From the NCBI GenBank assembly GCA_947453445.1, contig CANGGP010000006.1, positions 15,999-79,998 on the forward strand: a DNA stretch of 64,000 bases. The letters run 5' to 3'. A program made the translations under genes and the position numbers. The stretch is from Sphingobacteriaceae bacterium. GTDB taxonomy: Bacteria; Bacteroidota; Bacteroidia; B-17B0; Aurantibacillaceae. The notes under the pieces are model-generated. The model saw only the letters and a program-made list of their open reading frames with translations. It searched no databases and was not told the origin of the DNA. Each line of letters opens with the position of its first letter. Position 1 is the stretch's first letter. This document shows, in pieces, positions 26,615 to 35,913 of the stretch.

Positions 26615-28255
26615 TTAGGTTTGTAAAACACCTAAATTAAATTTCTTTGTAATTGGGGCATGATTTGCCATTTCGATACCTTGGCTAATCACCGAGCGTG
26701 TTTTTAATGGATCAATGATGGCATCAATCCACAAACGGGATGCTGCATAGTACGGTGTGGTTTGCACATCGTAACGATCCTTGATTTTGTTAAACAACTC
26801 GTTTTCTTTTTCAGGCGTAATTTCTTCGCCTTTGGCTTTTAAACTGGCCACTTCAATTTGCACCAATACCTTAGCAGCTTGCGCACCGCCCATCACGGCA
26901 ATTTTGGCAGTGGGCCATCCAACAATAATTCTTGGGTCGTATGCTTTTCCGCACATGGCGTAATTGGCGGCACCATAACTGTTACCGACAATAATCGTAA
27001 ACTTTGGCACTACCGAATTCGACATGGCATTTACCAATTTAGCGCCATCTTTAATAATACCGCCTTGCTCTGAACGAGAGCCAACCATAAAGCCGGTTGC
27101 ATCTTGAATAAACACCAAGGGAATTTTTTTCTGATTACAATTCATGATAAAGCGTGCAGCCTTATCGGCACTATCGCTGTATATAACGCCACCAAATTGC
27201 ATTTCGTTGCTGTTGGCAGGTTTTTTAGCTTTTACAATTTTTCTTTGATTGGCAACAATGCCAACTGCCCATCCGTCGATGCGGGCCAAGGTGCATATAA
27301 TTGATTGCCCGTAATGTTCTTTATACTCTTCGTGTTCGCTGTCATCCACCAAGCGTTCAATAATTTCATGCATATCGTATTGCTTGTCGCGCGAATCGGG
27401 CAGGATGCCATAAATTTCATGCATGTCTTTTTTAGGCGGCAAACTTTTTTCGCGGCTAAACCCCGCTTTATCATAATCACCTACCTTGTTCATGATGTTG
27501 CGAATGCGTGTTAAGCAATCGGCATCATCCAAACACTTGTAATCGGTTACCCCACTCACTTCGCAATGTGTTGTTGCCCCGCCCAAACTTTCATTGTCAA
27601 TGTTTTCGCCAATGGCTGCTTTTACCAAATAACTGCCGGCCAAAAAAATGGACCCTGTTTTATCAACAATCATGGCTTCGTCGCTCATAATTGGCAAATA
27701 AGCTCCACCCGCCACACAACTACCCATTACTGCTGCTATTTGCAAAATACCTTCGCTGCTTAAAATGGCATTGTTTCTGAAGATGCGTCCGAAATTTTCT
27801 TTGTCAGGAAAAATCTCATCCTGCAAAGGCAAATAAACACCGGCACTGTCAACCAAATAAATAATCGGCAATCTGTTTTCAAGCGCAATTTCTTGGGCAC
27901 GTAAATTTTTCTTGCCTGTTATCGGAAACCACGCGCCCGCCTTTACTGTAGCATCATTGGCAACAACAATACATTGCCTGCCACTCACATAACCAATCAC
28001 CACAATCACGCCACCGGCCGGACAGCCACCATGTTCGGCATACATTTCGTAACCGGCAAATTCACCAATTTCAAAACGCTCTGTTCCTTTGTCAAGTAAA
28101 AAATCAATGCGTTCACGGGCCGACATTTTACCTTGTTCATGTAATTTATCGATGCGTGATTTGCCACCACCCAAATGCACTTTATTTAAACGGTTTTGCA
28201 TTTGGCTCAACAAGAGCTTCATGGCATCTTCGTTTTTATTAAATTCTAAATCCAT
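26615..28255 (-). CDS. acyl-CoA carboxylase beta subunit (carboxyltransferase; methylcrotonyl-/propionyl-CoA carboxylase type)
   Basis: 546 aa. GGGKSRIDKLHEQGKMSARERIDFLLD, VVANDATVKAGAWFP and YLVDSAGVYLPLQ. Confidence 0.85.
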   Translation of the reverse strand: MDLEFNKNEDAMKLLLSQMQNRLNKVHLGGGKSRIDKLHEQGKMSARERIDFLLDKGTERFEIGEFAGYEMYAEHGGCPAGGVIVVIGYVSGRQCIVVANDATVKAGAWFPITGKKNLRAQEIALENRLPIIYLVDSAGVYLPLQDEIFPDKENFGRIFRNNAILSSEGILQIAAVMGSCVAGGAYLPIMSDEAMIVDKTGSIFLAGSYLVKAAIGENIDNESLGGATTHCEVSGVTDYKCLDDADCLTRIRNIMNKVGDYDKAGFSREKSLPPKKDMHEIYGILPDSRDKQYDMHEIIERLVDDSEHEEYKEHYGQSIICTLARIDGWAVGIVANQRKIVKAKKPANSNEMQFGGVIYSDSADKAARFIMNCNQKKIPLVFIQDATGFMVGSRSEQGGIIKDGAKLVNAMSNSVVPKFTIIVGNSYGAANYAMCGKAYDPRIIVGWPTAKIAVMGGAQAAKVLVQIEVASLKAKGEEITPEKENELFNKIKDRYDVQTTPYYAASRLWIDAIIDPLKTRSVISQGIEMANHAPITKKFNLGVLQT

Positions 28256-28266
28256 ATTCTTTATGT

Positions 28267-28773
28267 TTAATTCTTTATCATTTTAAGGTATTTAACCAAC
28301 TCTTCAAGGTAATCAATTGTTTTGTTGTTTACAGAACGTTTAATCACCAAATTTGAATCCTTCACTTTTTCTGAAGTTGCGCATTTAAAGTTGGCTTGTA
28401 GCGCCGCGGCAATACTTTGCGCCACCGCATCGTCTTCGTTGCAGGCATTGATCACCAAATCAAATTGTTTTTCGTGCCATTTATGCAACAAGGTGCTTTT
28501 TGGCAAATGCAAAAAATTCAAATCATGTTTAAGAACACTTTGCCAATCGGCATAGGTAGCGGCTTTCGCTTGATCTTCCACATAATAAACCTCCACATAT
28601 TTTTGCAGTTTTACAATGAATTGATCAATCTGACTTTTATTGATGTTTTCTTTACTGTTTAATACCAAAGCGATTTTTTGGATGTTGGTCCAAGTTAAAA
28701 ACTGTTTGTTTTTTGAGGACTCAAAATTTTTAATGATCGACTTTAGTTGAATATCTGCAAGAAACTTGCGCAT
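28267..28773 (-). CDS. hypothetical protein
   Basis: 168-aa ORF, 1-nt overlap with the upstream nrnA-like gene. No motif recognised. Confidence 0.55.
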   Translation of the reverse strand: MRKFLADIQLKSIIKNFESSKNKQFLTWTNIQKIALVLNSKENINKSQIDQFIVKLQKYVEVYYVEDQAKAATYADWQSVLKHDLNFLHLPKSTLLHKWHEKQFDLVINACNEDDAVAQSIAAALQANFKCATSEKVKDSNLVIKRSVNNKTIDYLEELVKYLKMIKN

Positions 28774-29771
28774 TAGAACAATGTTTTAATTGTATTGAGA
28801 AATAATTCCTCGGTTTTACTTAAACTGATATCACTTCTGCCGCCGGCTGCATTCACATGTCCGCCGCCATTAAAATAAGCCCTGGCAAATTTATTCACAT
28901 CAATTGTTCCTTTACTTCTAAAAGATACTTTGATATAATCTTTTGTTTCGTTGAACAAGGCGCACACTTTAATACCCTTGATAGAAAAAGGATAGTTCAC
29001 GATGCCTTCTAAATCGCCTTTTTGATAATCAAATTGTTCAAGTTCTTTTTCAGTGATTAAAAAATATGCAACAGGATGGTCTTTTAACACCACCAATTTT
29101 TCTGATAGCGCATAACCCAATAAACGAAGGCGATCATAGCTGTAGCTATCGTATACATGACTGTGAATTTCACTGGGTTGGATGCCTGTTTTCAACAATT
29201 CAGCAAGAATAGCATGTGTTTTTGCACTCACACTCGGAAATTTAAACGAGCCCGTATCAGTCATTAGTCCGGTATATAAACAAGCGGCAATTTTTGCATT
29301 GATTAATTTCTTTTGGCCTAATCCAACAATAAAATCATATACCAATTCACAAGTGCTACAGGCCTTAACATCATGAAAATAATAAGCAGCATAATCTTCA
29401 GGTTGTTGGTGGTGATCAATCATCACTTTAGGGGCTTTGGCCTTGCTCACTAATTCGCCTAAACTTTCAATCCTTTTGAGTGAATTAAAATCGAGGGTGA
29501 AAATTAAATCGGCCTTTTGCAGGGCTTTTGACACTTTGTTGGCATCGGTTTCAAAATTTAGCACCTGTTTATTGCCAGGTAACCAGTATAAAAACTCAGG
29601 ATATGCATTTGGAACAATTACTTTGCATTTTTTCCCCAAGGCAGTTAAAAATTGGCTTAGGGCCAAACAACTACCCATGGCATCACCATCCGGACTCCAA
29701 TGCGCCAAAATGGCTATTTGTTCGGTTTTTTTTAGCAGGGCTTTAAACTTCGGGAATGAATCTTTACGCAT
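28773..29771 (-). CDS. nrnA: DHH family phosphoesterase (oligoribonuclease/pAp phosphatase NrnA-like); alternative GTG start at 29819
   Basis: HWSPDGDAMGS, the MIDHHQQP DHH motif, and a C-terminal GGGHVNAAGG DHHA1 motif. Confidence 0.8.
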   Translation of the reverse strand: MRKDSFPKFKALLKKTEQIAILAHWSPDGDAMGSCLALSQFLTALGKKCKVIVPNAYPEFLYWLPGNKQVLNFETDANKVSKALQKADLIFTLDFNSLKRIESLGELVSKAKAPKVMIDHHQQPEDYAAYYFHDVKACSTCELVYDFIVGLGQKKLINAKIAACLYTGLMTDTGSFKFPSVSAKTHAILAELLKTGIQPSEIHSHVYDSYSYDRLRLLGYALSEKLVVLKDHPVAYFLITEKELEQFDYQKGDLEGIVNYPFSIKGIKVCALFNETKDYIKVSFRSKGTIDVNKFARAYFNGGGHVNAAGGRSDISLSKTEELFLNTIKTLF

Positions 29772-29835
29772 AGTTTCGGTTACAAGGGTAAATTTAGGCT
29801 TTAGGGTACAAAAAACCACTAAAATCTCAAAATAA

Positions 29836-29868
29836 TTTGCTTTAAATACATTTTTTTAGCTATATTTG
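29836..29868 (+). promoter_or_regulatory. Bacteroidota sigma-A type promoter (TTTG-N21-TATATTTG)
   Basis: -33 TTTG at 29836-29839 and -7 TATATTTG at 29861-29868, 31 nt upstream of the rpsU ATG. Confidence 0.65.
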
Positions 29869-29899
29869 CCGCTCTAATTTTAAAACAAAAGAATTAAAC

Positions 29900-30097
29900 A
29901 TGTTAATAGTACAAATTAAAGAAGGCGACAACATCGAAAAAGCTCTTAAAAAGTATAAGAAGAAATTCGAAAAAACAGGCGTGGTAAAGGAATTACGCGA
30001 ACGTTCAAAATTCACTAAACCGTCTATTCGTCGTCGCGAAACTGTAATTAAAGCTGCTTATAAGCAAAAATTGCAAATCGGCGCTATCGAAAAATAG
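29900..30097 (+). CDS. rpsU: 30S ribosomal protein S21
   Basis: 65 aa. IEKALKKYKKKFEKTGVVKELRERSKFTKPSIRRRE. Confidence 0.9.
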   Translation: MLIVQIKEGDNIEKALKKYKKKFEKTGVVKELRERSKFTKPSIRRRETVIKAAYKQKLQIGAIEK

Positions 30098-30172
30098 TAG
30101 CCAATTTATTTTAAATATATTGCAATCCTAATTTGAAATTATTAATTTCGAGTTAGGATTTTTTATTGCTCA

Positions 30173-31066
30173 ATGGTGGACGGTGTTGTAAACGGATTTT
30201 ATGCCTACTTAAACCTTCAAAAACGGTTTAGCCCTCTAACCTTGAGAAGTTACCGGTCTGATTTAGAACAATTTTTCAGTTTTATAGAATCAGAAATCCA
30301 ACTCAAAGATCTTAACAGCATTCAACATCATCACATCAGGGGTTACATGGGGCAATTAATGCAAGATGGTTTATCTCCTGTAAGTGTGAACCGCAAACTC
30401 AGCACCCTAAAATCTTTCTTTAAATACGCCCTTAAATCGGGTCACATTCTTCTCAATCCCGCACAAAAAGTAATTGGTCCAAAAAAACCAAAACGTTTAC
30501 CAGTATTTGTTGAAGAACAGCAAATGGACAAGGTTTTTAATGAATTACAATTTGTAGATGATTTTGAAAACAACAGAAATAAGTTATTGGTTGATGTTCT
30601 ATATCAAACAGGCATACGCAGGGCAGAACTCATTGAAATAAAAGAAACAGACCTTGATTTGTATGGCTTAAAATTAAAAGTGTTGGGAAAACGCAACAAA
30701 GAACGCATCATCCCTTTTGGTTTAGGTTTAAAACGTAATTTACAAAACTACCTAAACGATAAAAAAGCAAACAATTTTGATAGCCCTTATTTGTTTGTGA
30801 ATAAAAAAGGACAGCGTTTAAGTGCCCAAAACGTGAACAAAATTGTAAACACCATTTTAGCAATGGTTACTACCAATAAAAAGAAAAGTCCACACGTTTT
30901 GCGACACAGTTTTGCTACCAATTTATTAAACAACGGGGCCGATTTAAATGCCGTGAAGGAACTTTTGGGACATGCCAATTTAAGCGCGACCCAAATTTAC
31001 ACCCACAATACCATAGAGAAATTAAAAAAATCATATAAACAAGCTCACCCAAGGTCGGGTGAGTAA
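30173..31066 (+). CDS. tyrosine recombinase, XerC/XerD-like
   Basis: N-terminal SAM-like domain (TLRSYRSDLEQFF) and catalytic motifs (YQTGIRRAEL, HVLRHSFATNLL, LLGHANLSATQIYTH). It sits in the housekeeping rpsU-recombinase-hpf context. Confidence 0.85.
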   Translation: MVDGVVNGFYAYLNLQKRFSPLTLRSYRSDLEQFFSFIESEIQLKDLNSIQHHHIRGYMGQLMQDGLSPVSVNRKLSTLKSFFKYALKSGHILLNPAQKVIGPKKPKRLPVFVEEQQMDKVFNELQFVDDFENNRNKLLVDVLYQTGIRRAELIEIKETDLDLYGLKLKVLGKRNKERIIPFGLGLKRNLQNYLNDKKANNFDSPYLFVNKKGQRLSAQNVNKIVNTILAMVTTNKKKSPHVLRHSFATNLLNNGADLNAVKELLGHANLSATQIYTHNTIEKLKKSYKQAHPRSGE

Positions 31067-31086
31067 AAGAAAAAAGGAGGAATCAT

Positions 31087-31395
31087 ATGACTATCAACAT
31101 CCAATCCGTGCACTTTGATGCCGACAGAAAACTACTCGACTTTGTAAATGAAAAAGTTGAAAAACTGAATGTGTTTTATGACGGAATTATTACCAGCGAA
31201 ATAACACTCCGTTTAGATAAAAGCAGCAATGCTGAAAATAAAATTTCAGAAATACGCATGACAGGTAAAGGGCAAGAATTTTTTGCCAAAAAACAATGCG
31301 CCTCGTTTGAAGAAGCTACAGATTTGGCTTGTGAGGCCCTAAGAAGTCAAATTACCAAACACAAACAAAAAAAGATAATTCACGGCGGACATTAA
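31087..31395 (+). CDS. hpf: ribosome hibernation/translation inhibitor factor (HPF/RaiA family)
   Basis: 102 aa. MTINIQSVHFDADRKLLDFVNEKVEKLNVFYDGI. Confidence 0.8.
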   Translation: MTINIQSVHFDADRKLLDFVNEKVEKLNVFYDGIITSEITLRLDKSSNAENKISEIRMTGKGQEFFAKKQCASFEEATDLACEALRSQITKHKQKKIIHGGH

Positions 31396-31414
31396 ACGGT
31401 GTTCATCATAAATT

Positions 31415-31447
31415 AAGCCGTTGCAAGGCGCAACGGCTTTTTCTTTT
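31415..31447 (+). terminator. rho-independent terminator
   Basis: AAGCCGTTGCaaggcGCAACGGCTTtttcttttcc. Confidence 0.85.
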
Positions 31448-31475
31448 CCATAAATCAATTACCTTTAAGATCTCT

Positions 31476-32162
31476 ATGAGGCCAATTGTGATATTGTTAT
31501 TTTTGGTTTTAACCGCCAATTTATTTGGGCAAGACAAAACCAAACAAAATGCCGCCTTTACCATTCGTGGTAATGTGGGCATACCAAAATCTGTATCAAG
31601 CCAAGTATTCAATACCTGTTTTAAAGGTGTGGTTGAATCAAATCTGAGTGCCAACGCCAGGGTTTTTAAAAACATGTTTGTAGGCGTTGGTTATCAAAAT
31701 TCATTTTTTCAAAACAACAAATTAATTTTCCTCAATCACATTTCACCAAGCGCAGCAGTGCCATACGACACCAAGCTCATGATCAATAGCGGTTTTCTGA
31801 AAATCGGTTACGATCAATTCTTTTCTGAAATTGGTTATTTTAGTTATGCACTCAATGCGGGTTATGCCTTTGCCCAGTATAAAAATGTAATCCCCGATAC
31901 TTCTTTTAAAAACATGCCTGCAGTGGGTAATAAGTTTAGTGCACCATTTCTTCAACCTGAGTTTTCAGTCAATTTTATAGCAGAAGATTTGCTCAGTTTT
32001 TCCCTCATGATTTCTTACAACAATTTATTTTACAACTTCGATCCAAAAGCCCCGCGAATGGCGCATTTTCAAGCTGTGAGCGATTTAATGCAGGGCCATC
32101 ACAACAAATACATCATGAGTTGGATTAACTTTGGATTTGGATTTAATATTTTGATTAATTAA
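31476..32162 (+). CDS. hypothetical outer-membrane beta-barrel-like protein
   Basis: Signal peptide MRPIVILLFLVLTANLFGQ, alternating aromatic/Gly beta-strand pattern and a C-terminal NFGFGFNILIN. Confidence 0.55.
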   Translation: MRPIVILLFLVLTANLFGQDKTKQNAAFTIRGNVGIPKSVSSQVFNTCFKGVVESNLSANARVFKNMFVGVGYQNSFFQNNKLIFLNHISPSAAVPYDTKLMINSGFLKIGYDQFFSEIGYFSYALNAGYAFAQYKNVIPDTSFKNMPAVGNKFSAPFLQPEFSVNFIAEDLLSFSLMISYNNLFYNFDPKAPRMAHFQAVSDLMQGHHNKYIMSWINFGFGFNILIN

Positions 32163-32170
32163 AAACACAA

Positions 32171-34168
32171 ATGATTACAGCAGAAACACCCATAAAATTC
32201 GACCGTAAAAAACATAAAGACGCAGCCCTTTTAGAGCTTTACCACAACATTCTCAAGCCTCGCATGATCGAAGAAAAAATGCTGCTGCTTTTGCGCCAAG
32301 GTAAAATTGCAAAATGGTTCAGCGGCATTGGCCAAGAAGCGATATCTGTAGGTGTTGCCGCGGCGCTTGCGAACGACGAATACATTCTACCCATGCACCG
32401 TAATTTAGGTGTTTTCACCACCCGTGAAATTCCTTTAAACCGTTTGTTCTCGCAGTTTCAAGGCAAACCGGGCGGCTTTACCCAAGGCCGCGACCGTTCA
32501 TTTCATTTTGGTACACAACAATATAAAATCATCGGTATGATTTCCCACTTAGGTCCGCAAATGGGCGTGGCCGATGGCATTGCCTTAGCGAACAAAATAA
32601 AAAAAGAAAAAAAAGTTACCGTTGTTTTTAGCGGCGATGGCGGCGCCAGTGAAGGTGATTTTCATGAAAGCATCAACACCGCAGCCGTGTGGGATTTACC
32701 TGTAATTTTTGTGATTGAGAATAACGGTTACGGGCTTAGTACACCCAGCAACGAACAATTTAAATGCAAATCGTTTGCCGATAAGGCCATTGGATATGGC
32801 ATTGAAGGTGTTACTGTAGACGGCAACAATATTTTAAAAGTTTTTGAAACCGTTAAAAATTTAGCTGAGAGCATCCGCGAAAATCCCCGTCCCGTTTTAT
32901 TAGAATGTGTTACCTTCCGCATGCGCGGTCATGAAGAAGCCAGCGGAACAAAATATGTACCAAAAGAATTACTTGAAATTTGGGGAAGAAAAGATCCTGT
33001 TATGAGTTTCGAAAAATTCTTAATTGGTGAAGGAGTATTAACCGACGACATCATCGAAAAAGAAAAAGCGATGATCAAAAGAGAAATTGAAGAAGGTTTA
33101 GAAATTGCTTTTGCTGAATTAAATCCCAAACCCGATACACAGAAAGAATTATCTGAACTCTTTAAACCATTTGAATTATCAAGGCCAATTCCATCGTCGG
33201 CAAAAACAAACATGAGGTTTATCGATGCAGTGAGCAATGCCTTAAAATTGGCCATGCAAAAGCATCCTAACCTGGTGCTCATGGGTCAGGATATAGCCGA
33301 TTATGGCGGTGTGTTTAAAATCACCGAAGGATTTGTAGAAGCGTTTGGAAAAGAACGTGTGCGCAATACCCCCTTGTGTGAAAGTGCCATTCTTGGTGCG
33401 GGCTTCGGCCTTTCAATCAACGGTCATAAAGCCATGGTGGAAATGCAGTTTGCTGATTTTGTAAGTGAAGGCATGACGCAAATTGTGAATAACCTGGCCA
33501 AGAGCCATTACCGTTGGGGACAAAATGCAGATGTGGTGGTGCGCATGCCAACAGGTGCTGCAGTGGCTGCGGGACCATTTCACAGCCAAAGCAATGAGGC
33601 TTGGTTTTTTAAAACGCCTGGTTTAAAAATTGCCTACCCGGCTTTTCCAAATGATGCAAAAGGATTACTACTGTCTGCTTTTGAAGATCCAAATCCCGTA
33701 ATGTACTTCGAACACAAAGCACTATATAGAAGCATTACTGAAGACGTGCATGATGATTATTTTACCATTCCTTTTGGTAAAGCCAAGCGATTAAAAGAAG
33801 GATACGACTTAACAATAGTAACCTATGGATTAGGCGTGCACTGGGCCTTGGAAGCCTTGGCTGAAAATCCTGATATTGATGCCGACTTAATTGACTTAAG
33901 AACATTGGCACCATTGGATATGGATTGTGTGTATCAATCAGTTCAAAAAACCGGCAAGGTCATTGTATTTCATGAAGACACTTTAACCGGTGGTATCGCT
34001 GCCGAAATAGCCGCGCTCATTAGCGAAAATTGCTTCGCTTATTTGGATGCCCCTGTGATGCGCGAAGGAAGTTTAGACACTCCGGTGCCAATGAATGTGG
34101 ATTTAGAACATAACTTTTTACCCAAAGAAAGATTCAAAGAAAAATTATTAAAACTTTGGAGCTATTAA
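32171..34168 (+). CDS. fused 2-oxoacid (branched-chain keto acid) dehydrogenase E1 alpha/beta subunit
   Basis: The alpha part has the TPP motif GDGGASEGDFHESINTAAVWDLPVIFVIENNGYG. The beta part has GQDIADYGGVFKITEGF...RVRNTPLCE. Confidence 0.9.
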   Translation: MITAETPIKFDRKKHKDAALLELYHNILKPRMIEEKMLLLLRQGKIAKWFSGIGQEAISVGVAAALANDEYILPMHRNLGVFTTREIPLNRLFSQFQGKPGGFTQGRDRSFHFGTQQYKIIGMISHLGPQMGVADGIALANKIKKEKKVTVVFSGDGGASEGDFHESINTAAVWDLPVIFVIENNGYGLSTPSNEQFKCKSFADKAIGYGIEGVTVDGNNILKVFETVKNLAESIRENPRPVLLECVTFRMRGHEEASGTKYVPKELLEIWGRKDPVMSFEKFLIGEGVLTDDIIEKEKAMIKREIEEGLEIAFAELNPKPDTQKELSELFKPFELSRPIPSSAKTNMRFIDAVSNALKLAMQKHPNLVLMGQDIADYGGVFKITEGFVEAFGKERVRNTPLCESAILGAGFGLSINGHKAMVEMQFADFVSEGMTQIVNNLAKSHYRWGQNADVVVRMPTGAAVAAGPFHSQSNEAWFFKTPGLKIAYPAFPNDAKGLLLSAFEDPNPVMYFEHKALYRSITEDVHDDYFTIPFGKAKRLKEGYDLTIVTYGLGVHWALEALAENPDIDADLIDLRTLAPLDMDCVYQSVQKTGKVIVFHEDTLTGGIAAEIAALISENCFAYLDAPVMREGSLDTPVPMNVDLEHNFLPKERFKEKLLKLWSY

Positions 34169-34188
34169 ATTAGCCTAACAAGATCCTA

Positions 34189-34788
34189 CTAGTACACATT
34201 TAAAAACAAACACCCATTTGGCGTAATTGTAAAGTTTTCAGTGCGATTTATCCAATTACCTGCATGAGAATAGAAGAAATGTAAACTGTGTACACCTGCA
34301 TCAAGGTTAAAATTTGTATACCCGGTTTGAGCGCAATCACTTGGCATATTTGGTAATAAGGTGCACGTTCCTTGTTCAACGCCATCCAAGGTTAAATGAA
34401 TTCCTTGGTACCACCAATGCGAAGCCGAATAAAGTGTTATCTTCCCTTTTGGCATAAAAGTGCTAAAACTCTTCTCTATCGCGTTTGATTTCAAACCGCT
34501 TTTTGAAAATGCTTCTAACTTAAAAATGTAATCCTTGGCGGTATTGGTGTCTGTTTTAAACGTTACAACATTTCCGGTTGCATTTGTGCCATCAGGTAAT
34601 GTCCATAGCAAATTGGCCGCATCTGCACTGGTATTTGTTAAATAAATTTGCTCCCCAACAGTATAGGAAGTTTTATCACTTGTAAAATTGGCCGTAGGCT
34701 TTGGCTCATCTGTTAAAACAACTGATGTATGCTTCTTGCCACATGTCAAAAAAATAACGGCTATGAGAAGTAAAAATGTTTTCTTCAT
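34189..34788 (-). CDS. lipoprotein with a PKD-like domain
   Basis: The lipobox is AVIFLTCGKK. The PKD-like segment is ANFTSDKTSYTVGEQIYLTNTSADAANLLWTLPDGT. Confidence 0.6.
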   Translation of the reverse strand: MKKTFLLLIAVIFLTCGKKHTSVVLTDEPKPTANFTSDKTSYTVGEQIYLTNTSADAANLLWTLPDGTNATGNVVTFKTDTNTAKDYIFKLEAFSKSGLKSNAIEKSFSTFMPKGKITLYSASHWWYQGIHLTLDGVEQGTCTLLPNMPSDCAQTGYTNFNLDAGVHSLHFFYSHAGNWINRTENFTITPNGCLFLNVY

Positions 34789-34867
34789 TGAAGAGTTACT
34801 GAAGGAATTAACGAAAAATAAACTGAAATTATTGTCTTAATTTACGATTTTTGAAAGACTCTTTGAC

Positions 34868-34875
34868 TAAATTTG
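34868..34875 (+). promoter_or_regulatory. Bacteroidota -7 promoter box TAAATTTG
   Basis: Matches TAnnTTTG, 17 nt upstream of the ATG at 34893. This supports that start over the TTG at 34851. Confidence 0.35.
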
Positions 34876-34892
34876 AATTTACAATTTTTACC

Positions 34893-35912
34893 ATGATAGA
34901 CTTACGAAGTGACACTGTAACCAAACCCTCCAAAGCCATGTTGGATGCCATGATGGTGGCGCCTGTAGGTGATGATGTTTTTCATGAAGACCCAAGCATT
35001 ATTGAACTTGAAACATACGGTGCACAATTGTTTGGCAAAGAAGCAGCTTTGTATTGTCCTAGTGGCACCATGACCAATCAAATTGCCATTAAGGTGCACA
35101 CACAGCCCGGTGATGAATTATTATGTGATGTAAATTCACACATATACAATTATGAAGGTGGTGGTATTTCTTTTAATTCGGGTGTGCAAGCAAAATTATT
35201 AAACGGACATGAAGGCAGACTGAGTGCAGAGATGATTGAACAAAACATTAATGCAGAATTTGACTGGTTAACGCGCACTTCACTTGTATGCATCGAAAAT
35301 ACTGTAAACCGAGCAGGAGGCAGTTATTATACAAGTCAACAAATTGAACCCATCACTGCACTTTGTAAAAACAAAAATTTAAAATTACACCTCGATGGGG
35401 CACGTATTTTTAATGCCTTAACCGAAACAGGAGAATCCACTTTATCGGTGGGCAAAATGGTAGATTCATTATCAGTATGCTTGTCAAAAGGTTTGGGTGC
35501 TCCTGTAGGATCACTGTTGATTGGCAACAATGATTTCATTAAAAAAGCACGTAAATACCGAAAAGTATTTGGTGGCGGCATGCGCCAAGCGGGCTTCTTA
35601 GCAGCCGCCGGTTTGTTTGCCTTAAAAAACAATGTGAAGCGCTTGCATGAAGATCACCAAAAAGCGAAAACACTTGAGCTTACTTTAAAATCCCTTCCAT
35701 ACGTTGAATCTGTTTTGCCTGTTTATACCAACATTGTTATTTTTAATCTCAAAAAAGAAATGACAGGTGAAAAATTTGAAAAGATTTTGGCCTCGCACGA
35801 TATAAGAATTTCAGCATTTGGTAAGCAAACCATTCGAATGGTGACCCATTTAGATTTTACCGATGCCATGTTAAATCAAACCATTGAAATATTAAAAAAG
35901 ATAAACCAGTAA
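34893..35912 (+). CDS. ltaE: low-specificity L-threonine aldolase
   Basis: MIDLRSDTVTKPSKAMLDAMMVAPVGDDVFHEDPS...CPSGTMTNQIA...SVCLSKGLGAPVGS. Confidence 0.85.
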   Translation: MIDLRSDTVTKPSKAMLDAMMVAPVGDDVFHEDPSIIELETYGAQLFGKEAALYCPSGTMTNQIAIKVHTQPGDELLCDVNSHIYNYEGGGISFNSGVQAKLLNGHEGRLSAEMIEQNINAEFDWLTRTSLVCIENTVNRAGGSYYTSQQIEPITALCKNKNLKLHLDGARIFNALTETGESTLSVGKMVDSLSVCLSKGLGAPVGSLLIGNNDFIKKARKYRKVFGGGMRQAGFLAAAGLFALKNNVKRLHEDHQKAKTLELTLKSLPYVESVLPVYTNIVIFNLKKEMTGEKFEKILASHDIRISAFGKQTIRMVTHLDFTDAMLNQTIEILKKINQ

Positions 35913-35913
35913 A

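Noticed and set aside
30173-31066. Tyrosine recombinase as a marker of an integrated mobile element
   Set aside because: It sits in the conserved housekeeping arrangement rpsU-recombinase-hpf with its own terminator after hpf. There are no flanking direct repeats, tRNA target, excisionase or cargo genes, so it is most likely the chromosomal Xer-type dimer-resolution enzyme.
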